A stretch of DNA of 63,650 nucleotides, filler included, from Reticulomyxa filosa (taxonomy: Eukaryota > Protista > Foraminifera): the NCBI GenBank assembly GCA_000512085.1. It is 21 parts of 21 records of this genome, joined end to end, with 100 filler letters (N's around TTAATTAATTAA, not from the genome) between each part and the next. Parts side by side here need not be neighbours in the genome. Positions count along the whole stretch, not along the records: positions 49,842 to 50,967 come from ASPP01032927.1; positions 51,068 to 52,528 come from ASPP01029266.1; positions 52,629 to 54,839 come from ASPP01002127.1; positions 54,940 to 56,551 come from ASPP01014851.1; positions 56,652 to 58,233 come from ASPP01047806.1; positions 58,334 to 63,650 come from ASPP01004283.1; 15 more parts are not named here. The stretch is one strand, 5' to 3'. The notes beneath the pieces were generated by a model. That model saw nothing but the letters and a program-made list of their open reading frames with translations, ran no database searches and was not told the origin of the DNA. How positions within the stretch are numbered: position 1 is the stretch's first letter; each line of letters begins with the position of its first letter. Below are positions 50,401 through 62,324 of this stretch, piece by piece. Made by a program: the position numbers and the translations under genes.

Positions 50401-51937
50401 ACAAATAATAGTTGGCGCCAAAGAAGGTGTCGAACTGTGATCTATAGGCGCCAATGAACAGTGAACACTTGGCCGTTATGAAAATCGCGCTAATTTTAAT
50501 AACGCAAAGATTGAGTATTCGTGTAAAAACTGGTCGTGCGCGCGCATTCCCAACTTGTGTTTTGGACCTGCGTATACTGATGATAGAGACCTTGAGCTCG
50601 CAAAATATTGGACATTGTTAATTGGTGAAGAAAGAAAGAGAGCTAGTTGTATTTTCCGGGTCAGTCGATGCAAGATTTGTATGCCTTGCGTTCGGCAAAG
50701 ATAATATGCGTTTGTTCGACAAATTGCCTCCGAGATCAACTACGTGTTGGGTAACATGCAAAAAAATCAAGAAGTGGAAGATGAAGAATGAAAGAGCGTG
50801 AACATAGTTAAAAAAATAATCGACATTGCGATCGAGCAACAACTACATCGGGAGAATCATCCTATGTAAGAACGCTTTGCCGAAACTCCAAGACACCGCG
50901 GCAAGAAAGAATGGAAAGAGGGGGATGATGAAGAGAGAAAAATAGTGTCAAGTCCGTATCAAGTTGGNNNNNNNNNNNNNNNNNNNNNNNNNNNNNNNNN
51001 NNNNNNNNNNNTTAATTAATTAANNNNNNNNNNNNNNNNNNNNNNNNNNNNNNNNNNNNNNNNNNNNCTTTAATTAATGGCACAGGATTCTCATGGGGCC
51101 ATTCCTTGCCCCAATTAATCCTTTTTTTGCTCATCATTATCATCACCCCTAAGCTGCAACTCTTGCACAGCTCAGAGGGATGATAGTAGTCTCTAGTACT
51201 GTTACATGATAATAACAGGAACAAGGAAATAAAACAAACAAACTAATCACAAGCAAACAAACACATGCAAAGAAAGTTGGGTGGTAACGAATTGAATACT
51301 TTTTTTAAAAAAAGGAAAAGTTCGTCAAAAAGTCAATTTTTCTGCTGTTTTCAAATATTTCAAAAATGAATGTATTTCATTTCTCTTTTGAGATTTTCAT
51401 GTAATAGTGAAAATATAATTTTGTTAGAGATTAAATTCTACCTAACAATCAAACATTAAAAAGAACAAAAGTACTCTTTTCAAAAATATATAAATGTGTT
51501 AAGTGGTTAAACACATAATCTTTATTTGTTAAAAAAAAAAAAATTGGATTAAACATTTTTGTTAATCTTATGTTTACAACGTTCAAATGAGAAAAGAGTG
51601 TGTTTGGCAAACAATGACTTCAGAGCGTTTTTGTTATCAGTTAACATAAAAAAATTATTCACAAACAAAAGCAAATCTCTGCAAATTCATCAAAAACCTC
51701 AACATTTGAAATGACGTCCTTCCAAAAGTTTTGTTTCTTGGTAAAAAAAAAAAAAATCAAGAAACACACTATTTGCAATTGTAAAAATTTCATTTCTAAA
51801 CAAAATACTTTTTTTTTTGTCAAAAATAAATATATTTACCCAATTTCAAAATTTAAAAGTTGTTCTATCTGTCTATCTATATACATACATATATATTTTT
51901 TTTTAAAAAAAAACAACAACCAATACAACACAAAGAA

Positions 51938-52460
51938 CTGAAGCATAGGAGCTCCATAAACTATCCATGTCTTGTTGAAACTTGTCAACAGTGGTTTCAG
52001 TCAAAGTTCCAGGAACTTTGGTGGAATTGGCACGAATACTATATGCCCACTGTGTGCCATCACTGGACATATTGGAAAATACAATGGCCACTGCGATAGG
52101 ACGCTGTCCATTATCTGTCGTTACCTTCCATGTCTTGCCATAGTTGTCCTTTTTGCAATACTTGTTCAATTCCTCGTTGCTGTCGAAATACTTGAGAAGT
52201 AGGCCTTGGATATATAAGTGCACGTATACATGTATGCATGCACTTGCACCCTTTTATAAAATTTTTATTTATTTAAAAAAAAAAAACCTTGGATCCAAGG
52301 AAGATGAGAAGCTTGTTGTTGGCAATTCCATGACTTATTAAAGTCTGTCATGTTGCCAATGGCTTTCCAATGGGCTTGCATAATATCTACGCCCTTTGAA
52401 TATGGACATTGCTACTGGGATTTGATATTATCGCCAAATATCCAGGGGGCCAACTTTTGT
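51938..52460 (-). CDS. Exons resembling an ABCA transporter extracellular domain (partial)
   Basis: YFDSNEELNKY...YG...IAVAIVF...WAYSIRANST; no NBD visible. Confidence 0.45.
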
Positions 52461-52628
52461 ATACGTATGTAATGTTTGCGTGTGTGGTTTTTTTCTTTGT
52501 TAATTCAAATATTGTTTAAAAAAAAAAANNNNNNNNNNNNNNNNNNNNNNNNNNNNNNNNNNNNNNNNNNNNTTAATTAATTAANNNNNNNNNNNNNNNN
52601 NNNNNNNNNNNNNNNNNNNNNNNNNNNN

Positions 52629-54800
52629 AATTGTTCAATGTTTCTTCGTATTTTTGTGGTGTCCAATCATTGTTTTTTTTATCTTTGGATTTCATTGCTG
52701 CGAATTTTTCAATATAACTGTGAATTTGTTGTTTTGTAAATGGCCATAAATACATCATTGATGTTGCCATATTTTGATTTTGGCTTGCACCGATTAAAGT
52801 AATATTAATATCTTCGTCGTTTAATACTTTACTTCTACAAGTAACAATCACTTTTGCATTCCATTGATTTAAATGGAAGCGGTCATAGAAATATTTGTTA
52901 TTGTTTTCACTTTGACTATATTTATCAAATATTTCATCAAAACCATCCATAATGAACACAAATGATACTTTTTCACGAATTGCGTTCATACTTTCCTTAC
53001 CGATATGTTTACCTTGTAAGACTTGTAAAATGATATCTTTTTCATTTTTTAGATGATAAACCTTTGGAAATGAAATATAAACAGGAATGGGTTGTTTTGA
53101 ATCATTGATATAATTATTCCATAATATTTCTTCCAAATGACGACAAAATATACTCTTTCCTGATCCTGATTTTCCTTGTATTATCATTGCTTTTCTTTTT
53201 TGTTCTTCACTTTTTTTTTCTTCTGATGTTTCTTTTCCCTCTAAAAATTTGATGACATGTTGATGACAATCAAATGTATCATTTTTTTCATTCTCTTCAC
53301 CATCCACATGTGGATACTTATTTGCTTGTAATGGAATATAAGTTTCCAACGCTTGCGCAATTGCAATATCTTCTTCCATTTCTTGTTTCCTTGATTCTTG
53401 TAATAGTAATGCGAAATCAGCACAACTTGCCAGATTTTTATCTCCAATAAGATATCGTTTATAATATTCATATAAAATAGCATAAATAGCTTTTCCTTTC
53501 ATTTTTTCTGGAGTGAATGTACATAATTGTTCATATACAAATTGTGCCATTTTCAATAACACATTATCATTAATTTCCAATTCATTTTTAGTTAGTTGTG
53601 GCGGCTTCAATATTCCTATATCCAAGTGTGATTTATAACGATTTGCTAGTTTTTGTATACCTTTATCATCTATCCACTCACAGATAATGTCATTAATTTT
53701 TGTTAAAGTTTCATCGCTTGCTTGCTTTAGATCTTCTTCTTCTTCTGAATTCTTTGGTTTCCACGCTCGAATGTGTTCATAAAACAAATGACTTAATTTT
53801 GGATTTTCAATTACCGTGTGTCCCTCCAATGTTGTAAAATTTTTTAATGTTGCTTGCATCTCCACATATACGTCATGTTTTGGAACAAATAATTTAATAT
53901 TGTGGAATCTGTGGTGTGTCTTTGATTGTCGTTCAAAAAAGTCTTTATCCTCAGATACGATTAAATTAAATTTCTCTGCTTTCTTCATTACTGCCACTGC
54001 TGTTTGTAATTTGGTTGCATTATCACATAAAATTGTAAATCTTCCAACATCAAACACTTGGTTATAATCTCCATTATAATCACATTTTATCTTTTCTAAT
54101 AGTCTTATCTTATCTTTTACTTTAGGTGGCTTTACCACCGTTATCAAGTACTTTTGTAATTCAGCCACCAAATTGATTAATTCATTATCCATCATCGCAT
54201 TCTCACTTCGAGTAATTAAATCTTCCAAACTCGTTGCATGTTGCCTTATCTTTTTAGCTTTCACTTCATAAGATAATCCCGATTTGATTAGATAAAAGCA
54301 TTGATAATGCTTATCTTTCACAGAGATAAGATTATCATTGGAACTGATGGAATGTTCTGAATTAAAAATCATTGCTTTTACAATTGATGCGACGCTGGAT
54401 TGTCCACAGTCTGGACAACTATAAGATGTCTTTTCTGAGTTGAATGAAATATCACCAAATCCAAGGCTCACCCATACTGGTAACTTTGCTTTTGCAGCTA
54501 AACAGTCCATATTTGCACAATAACCTTGTACATTAATTCCAGGTTTAGTTTCTCCAATTTCTGCTTTTTCCTCTTCTTTTTTCAATATATCTGAATCTTG
54601 TCCTAATTCAATATTTCCTCCCTCCCTACTACTTGTTTTCTTTTTTTTTTCATCGCCATCGTCAATACAACAAATGCATGTTATTACACGCATATGTCAA
54701 AAAGAATGTGACAAAAAAGAAAAGGAAATGGCGATAGTCTCAACCTGTTCGATTTTGTTCTCTTCAATATAACCTTGAACAGCAATCTGTGTTTTGTTAT
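52629..54800 (-). CDS. NLR-like STAND protein: Zn-ribbon-like domain + RelA/SpoT-like nucleotidyltransferase + helical linker + NACHT NTPase; partial at both ends
   Basis: PGINVQGYC..C...CPDC; KVKDKIRLLEK..DYNGD..VFDVGRFTI...HHRFHNIKL...VEMQATL...SHLFYEHIR; Walker A GKSGSGKS (53175-53152), PIPVYI, Walker B FIMDGFDE, sensor-1 VIVTCR, LWPFTKQQI; a short upstream exon at ~54800-54745. Confidence 0.85.
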
Positions 54801-54939
54801 CTAAAAGTGATATACACATATATATATATATATATATATNNNNNNNNNNNNNNNNNNNNNNNNNNNNNNNNNNNNNNNNNNNNTTAATTAATTAANNNNN
54901 NNNNNNNNNNNNNNNNNNNNNNNNNNNNNNNNNNNNNNN

Positions 54940-56191
54940 CGATAGAAGTGTGCGTTGTTTCCGCCATGATGCGCGATCTGGACGATATGAAGAGGGAGCA
55001 ACGCATCCAGAAGCTTCGGGAAATACTTTCCGCGGCTCGGCTTGAAATCGACACAACCCGCATCGCCCGTGACCAAGATGCCTTGTCCCTGCTGCTCCAG
55101 CCGCGCGATATAGCTCAGCTGATTACTCGGCGTGATGGACTTGATCTCCGTTAGGAAGCTCAATGCGACCGTTGCGGCTTGCTCGACGGGAAGGCGTTTC
55201 CAGTGCTTTCGGACGAGACCGGCCGATGGGCCAAGTAGGGTCAAAATTGGGTGGCCGCCACCGGAGGGGCGTGCCTGAAAGCGCCGGCCTTTCGGATCCC
55301 AAGCGTAGCGCCGTGGTTCACCATCGCGAATTATCTCGGTGCGGATTGGAATGTTCCTCGCCTTCAACGCCTGAATTACGTCGAAAAGAGCCGATGCGTT
55401 GATGGCAATCTTTGGCAGCGCTCTGACGAATATTACCGAGGGAGCGCAGCTGAGCGGTGGCAGCGTCCGGGACGATCTCGGCAAGGCTACGTGCGATGTG
55501 GAAATGATTGCCCACTATCTCTGGGCCATACCACGCGCCTAGTGAAGGCAATCGCCGCGCGTTGGCTATCGCGTTCTCGACCTCGGGTGTATCTTCCACC
55601 TCCTGGTCTATGGCATGATTACACGCGTCCTCGTGTTCCGACCGGGCAATTGCTGCCGAAAAACGCAGGTCGCCCGGTCCTTCTCGATCCGTCTGACCCA
55701 GAATGTTCAAACGGATACGCGACAACGTCAGCCTTCTTTACCATCGCTCCTCGATTCAAGCGCACGCAGGGCTTCAACATCGGCGCGCTTCGCGCGGAGA
55801 TACTTGGCGAGATGTCCTGCGCCACCCTCGCTCCGGAATTGATGGGCTAACAGATCACCTTCCGTAAGCATTGCGTCGAGCGCCGGTGGTGAGGAATCAT
55901 TGGCAACCGGCGGCATCCACGCTTCGCCGATCTCGATATCCTGTTGTTCAATGATCGGCACGAGGCCATTCAAGTGGTCTTCGTCGTAATGCGTTCCGAT
56001 GATCAAATCGATACGCCTTTCACTGCCTAGCAACGGAAGCAATTTCTTAAGGATATGGTCTCTGGGATAGCCGCCCGCCTTAATCCCAGCATCTGCAAGG
56101 ATGCGAACGAGGCCGCCGTCTTCAGTCCGGAACTGCAAAAAATCGCTGCACCGAGCTGCACTTCGAACATATCGACCTGAATGTCAGGCAT
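54940..56191 (-). CDS. ComEC/Rec2-like metallo-beta-lactamase-fold hydrolase (bacterial; several frameshifts; 3'-partial)
   Basis: RBS GAGG before ATG 56191; MPDIQVDMFEVQLGAA, ILADAG, THYDEDH, SNQLS, LVTGDAG, QIAHHGG. Confidence 0.8.
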
Positions 56192-58333
56192 GCCATTTCC
56201 TCTTCGACCGACGCCGTCTCTAGCGACACCATAGCCCGAGACTAACGCACAAGCATAGGTAGTGCTACCTTGCTGTGTGGCCTAGCTCGATGGCATGGTG
56301 GACTAGGGAAAAATCTCTTCCTGGAAGTCTGCGAATAAAGTGCCTCGCGCGATGCGCGCCTACGCACTGAAGATTGTTTCTGACAGCTCGGTAAACGGTT
56401 CAATTCCTGAGCGGAGAAGGCCCACTACGTTCACTCCAACGGCCCTGGCGCGGCCCATTTTGTGTTCGCGCAGGAACGCGTGGGTTAGCCGCTGCGGCAG
56501 CACTGGGTGCGTAGCAAGGTTCGCAACAATCCGGCGCAATAGTCCGGGCTCNNNNNNNNNNNNNNNNNNNNNNNNNNNNNNNNNNNNNNNNNNNNTTAAT
56601 TAATTAANNNNNNNNNNNNNNNNNNNNNNNNNNNNNNNNNNNNNNNNNNNNCCCCCCCCAATGGAATTGCTGGACGAGTGTAGCAATAATATCAAGGCAG
56701 TGGCACCCGAATCATTGGAAAGACTTGTCTATGCATACGAACAAGTCTCTGCGGATGATTATCCTTCAGCGAAAAAGTAGGGGGCAGTTCAAATGGAATT
56801 CAATCAGTCAATGCAACTCTACACAGGATGGCACAGCATCAAAGAAGGAGCGGACTTACGATTTACGGGGGGCCAAGTATAAAATAGCCAACCAAAAAAA
56901 AAAAAAAAGGATATAAACATCAATGATTCATTTACGGCATTTCGGTTATTTGCGATATCACATTTATTTGCGCTTTATGCAATGAACACTGCACAAAAAA
57001 TCCGACAATTTATACGTGCGTTTATAACCTACTCACAATGCAAGATCTTTTTATATATATAAAAAAAAACATTAATGTATACGTGTGTATATGTGTAAAT
57101 AGAGACAGATACGAACAATAAAGCGAAAACTGTGGTTGGTGGTGGTGGTAATAGAAGTTTGTAATATGTACCTAATATCTCGCGTAACGAGAAAAGCGCA
57201 AGCGATTTCGCTGATTTCGTATGCAAGGTGCAGTGATCGTAAGTGAATTTTGTTGACAATGTTATTGAAACGTGATAGCGAACGTCCAACAACAGAGACA
57301 ACAACAAACCACCACGACGACAAGTACAGACAAGACGCAGACTTCTTCCATGGGCTCAAACAGTGGGAACTCCTTGGATCTTCAGTCCAAACGTCGGATA
57401 TGGTCGTCGCCCTTGTAGTGAGAGTATTTCCAATAACGAGAACAGATGGGCTTCGTATTTTGAAAGATTCCAGTCGCGATATGGCATTATAACAGTTAGA
57501 CAAGATTCTCTCAAATAAGTCCCAGACAATCTCGATTATGCAGTCGGGTGGCACCAAGATCCAGTTTCCAAGATAAAAGAAAGGAAAGCGTGATGATATC
57601 GCGCAAAGTGCTAACGATATGAACATTACGATGTCTCAACGGCGGCAGCGACGGAATTTACTGAAGAAATAGAAAAAGATGAGGAAAGGTACGTTAGCGT
57701 TGTTACATTTGTGGCGATCGAGTAAACCACGACATTGGAAGAATCATTTCGTATGCGTATGTTCAATTTGATGGAGTAGTTATGCGAAGCTCAAGCAATG
57801 ATCATCCGCAAACAAGAAGGGAATAGTGAGATGATAAACAGAAGAAAGAGAACGCCAAGACTCCAGGGGGTGGCTATACCGCGTTGGATTTTTTTAAAAA
57901 AACGTTGTCAGCTTTGCTTGTTGTGAAATGATTCTTCACACACACACGCAAATGGCAGCTTTGCGCGCTCTCAGGCTTGGACTAACTTCATAATGCGCCA
58001 ATCGAGGCTGCTAGATTATCGTAACAATGTCAAGCGAAGTGGCAATGATGATATGGTAATGGTGACAACGAAACGCAGCCTATGTTCTTCATTGTCAATT
58101 GTTGCAAGATATTGGACTGGTGTTGTGTGCACCGATATTGCGTGCCGTTTCTGTATTCCAGAGACTTTGGCTCGGTGTGCGCGGAAGATCTAATGTTGCT
58201 GCACCATTTGTTACGAAGAGCAACAATGTCGCANNNNNNNNNNNNNNNNNNNNNNNNNNNNNNNNNNNNNNNNNNNNTTAATTAATTAANNNNNNNNNNN
58301 NNNNNNNNNNNNNNNNNNNNNNNNNNNNNNNNN

Positions 58334-61300
58334 AACAGCGTATTTACAGTAACAGATCAATGCCTCCAAAGATCAATGTCGATCATAGCGTTGATCCAAA
58401 CATCCAAATTCCAACCCGTCAGGAGATGTTCGATAAGTTGGTTGAATTGCTCAGCAAAGACGAAAATTCCATTGGAAAAGATAAAGTATATGTACATATA
58501 CGTTTTTTTTTTTTTTTTTTTTTTTTGGGTCTAATTATTATGAGTTTTTTTTTTTTTTGGGAATATGAACGCAAATTCGAAGAAAGAGCAAGAGATGTTC
58601 TTTGACTTTTGTGCGCCTTTCATCGTCGCTGGAGTGTGCACTGTCCGTCAATCTCTAATGACGTCACTGTTGGCAAGCTTTTTCACTCGCGCGATAACGC
58701 TGTCCGAGAAAGTCGACCAGCTGGAGCGCAATGTAAGTCGTATCCGCAACCAGATTGAAAACGAGAAAAATGCACCCAACCGCAATCACTACGAGACGCT
58801 CTTGAGTGTGCTGCCGTCGACGCTGACCAGCGGCATGGACGAGTTGGTGGCCGAGGAACAGCTTCAAAAGCGACAGCTGAAAGTACTGCTGCGAGACAAG
58901 GACCTCATTGAAAACATCCTGTTGGTGCTGGTCGAGCGCCAAATCGAGGACAAAGACAACAACAAGAGTGTCAACAAAAAAGAACTGATTCAAAAATCAA
59001 AGCAAGCCAAAGTGTACAAAGTGGAGTTATATCTGCACAAATGCGATGAAAATCACTACGCCGTTGTCGACGCTTATCTAAGTCATCCAACCATGTGTTC
59101 TGAAGTGTTTGATTACTTGCACAACTTATATCAAGATTATTGTGACGACAAAGCGTATGTGCGACTTTTTTTTTGTTATCTCTTGCTTCGTTCTGAGAGC
59201 AAGAGAATGTATGTATGTGTATGTGTGTGTGTGTATATGTTTGCTGTGGAAAGTGCGGCAAGCAATAAGTCCAAACCGACGCAGATGCCGATGATCCAAG
59301 ATGTAATGCTGAAACGACTCGACTCCCTAGTCAATGTCGACCCCATTCGAACTGCCATTCTCATCTTCACTTTGATGCCTAGCAACTACAGCGACGCCAT
59401 CGCCGCTTTGGATAACTTCAAACAACAACAATACTCCCTCATGAAAGCAATCAGCAATGCACTGTCCAAATTGCAAGAGGAACAGCTGTTGGCCTCGGGA
59501 AAGCGACTACAACTCTCCAATGAAACAGGCACTTCAAATCGACTTTCCTCTGAAGATCATTCAAGTTGACTTTCATTACCATAAATAATAATAATAATAA
59601 TAATAATAGTAATAATAATAATAATAATAATATTTATTATTATTATTATTATTATTATATACAAACATATGTATACGTATGTAATACGTGTGGATATCAG
59701 ATAAATACGAACGCTTTTTACGACAATTGCTGAAGCAACACAAGATCGAATTTGACATGAAACATCACGAGTTGTTTATCCAACTGCTTTGCAAATTTGA
59801 TAAAAATAGCGTATTGGACTACTTGCAAGTGAACACGGATAAATACACTCTGGTCAATGCCCAACGATCTTGTGAAAGCGAAAAAGTGCTGCACGCGTGC
59901 GCTTATCTACAAGAGCGTTCAGGAGACTCACAAGCTGCTTTGGGCTTGTATGTCCAGTCCATCAAAAGGTGCGTCGACGATCTGTGGGACATTTATCGTA
60001 GGTACGAGTCACTTCTTCCAGATACCGTCAGTCCAATGAAATTGGGGCTTAAGACCAAACACTTATTTTTTTTTTTTAAGTATTAAATTCAAGAAATACT
60101 TTTGTTTCATTGTTAGTGTATTTTTGTGTGTGTGTGTGTGTGGGGGGGGGAGGACAGATATCAAGCCATGGCAGAGCCGCGTCGTCAATGGGATTAATGA
60201 CTTTATCCCAAAAAATTGACGATGCGTCCGCAGCAATTGAGCAATTAAATCTTGCCATTGGACTGTGTCGCCGTCAAACACTAGTTTTGTGCAAATTATC
60301 TATTCATCACTTGAAGGCACTCCAAAACTCTCACTTCTTTTTTTTTTTTTTTTTTTTATATGTGTACGTGTTGATTATGTAATTGAAAATAGAAAGATCA
60401 AGCAGGCGAATCAGCAGAAGCTCTATGGGATCGTTTGTTGGATGAGTGTTTGTCGATTCAACAAGACATTGCCAAAAAAGTGACCAGCAAACATTATCAA
60501 GAAAATTTCTCTCGGAAGGTTCGTGAAAATATGAAAACCATTGGCAGTGAATTTGTCGGAAGGATATTAGAAGCCATGATGGGAATGAAAATAAATCTGA
60601 GCAAAATGTTTATGAAAGTGGTCGAAAAAGGCAACTCCAAAGAGTATTTGCACTACCGTGACACTGTAGATGTAATGTTGAGTACGTATCAATACGAAAC
60701 AAATATGTTAAAAACGGCTGTCCATTTGTTTGGCCGAGGAGCCTTTTTGGAATTTGAAAAGTTTGTTAATTCTTCAAGACATGCTTTTAAGGCGCCAGAT
60801 GATTTTTGTAAAATTTGCGAAGCCAAATTGGTGGATATTCCTTTGATTATCAACGATATGGTCACTGACAAGCCAATTCGAAAGCCTTATGCAAAGATTT
60901 TTGCTTGTGGACATGCCATCCACTCTTTTTGTTTGGTTCGTGCAGCATTCTTGTCTTTGGTCTATGTGTGCACATTTACACATATATATATTATGTGTGG
61001 TATTTTTTATGACGTAAAACAAATTATTTTCAGAATTGGGATCCGACAAATCCATGCCCTGCATGTGGAGCTTTAACTCCTGAACAGCATAAACAAGTAA
61101 ACAAAGCAATTGCCAGAGCACAAGAACTGAGAAGAGCAGGACAAAGTGAAAACAAAGCTGCCAACAGTGTTAGTGTCACATCTGAAGAAAAAGTGTGGAA
61201 GCTGAATTTGATGCAACAATATGAAAAGCGAAAGAAAGGAGATATTGCATTATTGAATTTAAAGCCACACACGAGAGACCGTCACCAACCTTTATCTTTT

Positions 61301-61381
61301 CAGTTAAGCATTATTTTTAATTTAACAATTTTGGCTTTAACTCTCTTCATACCATTTGAGAAAAAAATTACCACAACATAA
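58334..61381 (+). CDS. VPS8: Vps8-like CORVET subunit: alpha-solenoid plus C-terminal RING (multi-exon, 5'-partial)
   Basis: ELFIQLLCKFDKNSVLDYL...ACAYLQERSGD, AIGLCRR, LWDRLLD, YQYETNML, CKIC...IFACGHAIHSFCL...CPAC. Confidence 0.72.
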
Positions 61382-62324
61382 TAGCTCCCATACGCCTGCC
61401 ATCGATATTACGGCTAAATTAGAGAAAACACAAGCCGCAGAAATTTCTTTGTAAGATGTATTTTTCAACAAAGTTTCAAAATACTCAACTAATTTGTAGT
61501 TTTGACCCTTGTTTAGACACTTTTTAATCTTCAAACATTTTCCGTTATTATGGGTCCTATGCACATGATCATCTGTGTTTTAATTTTGTCAATATATCCT
61601 TAAGCATATTGTCACACCGTTCAACGAACTTTATTTTCTACTAAATATTTTTGTTTATTTGGTGAGATAACACCTGTTTGTCATGTAAAGTCCTTAAGGA
61701 CAATTAAATTGATATATTCCAATCTCGTTGGAATAGGATAATAAATTGAGGAAAGGAAATTAACCGAAAAAAAGAAAGCAAAAAGAAAAGCCAAAAAAAA
61801 ATAAAATAGAATAAATTTTTACAATGCACAAAAAAAACTAAAAAATTGGGATAATTTTTTTAATTAAAAATCGCACTCAATGTGATCAATAAATTATCCA
61901 ATAACAACATAACAAAAAAAACGAGTAAGTTCAACAAGGGTGCTGGAGCACAGAAAATTTCATAAAAAAAAAAAAGACAAAGAAAAAATCATTCAAGTTA
62001 AGTTTTTAGTTTTCTTGGGATTTGTTCATTGCTTAAAAACCAAAACAAAAATATTGAAACAACTAATCAAATAAAACAGAAATAGATAAACGAAAAGGAA
62101 AAAAAAAAATAAATTAAGTACATTCCCAAAATGAACAAATCACCAGAATGAGCTAAAAAAAGACCAAAAAAACAAAAATGAACAAATTCAATAAATGCTG
62201 ATTATGAACATACTAAAGCTGAAACACGACGATTTAATTCCTGACACATTTTTTGAATTGCTTCAGATGAGCCCTGTTTTTTAAAATTTTTTTGTTATTT
62301 TGCATATACATTAATGATACAATG

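Noticed and set aside
50230-50940. Alternative genetic code (stop reassignment)
   Set aside because: The stops are a mix of TAA and TGA, and intact eukaryotic genes in the window have long stop-free frames ending in TAA, TAG or TGA.
59580-59660. Inverted repeat (AAT)n/(TTA)n as a mobile element
   Set aside because: Simple intronic trinucleotide microsatellites with no defined termini or target-site duplication.
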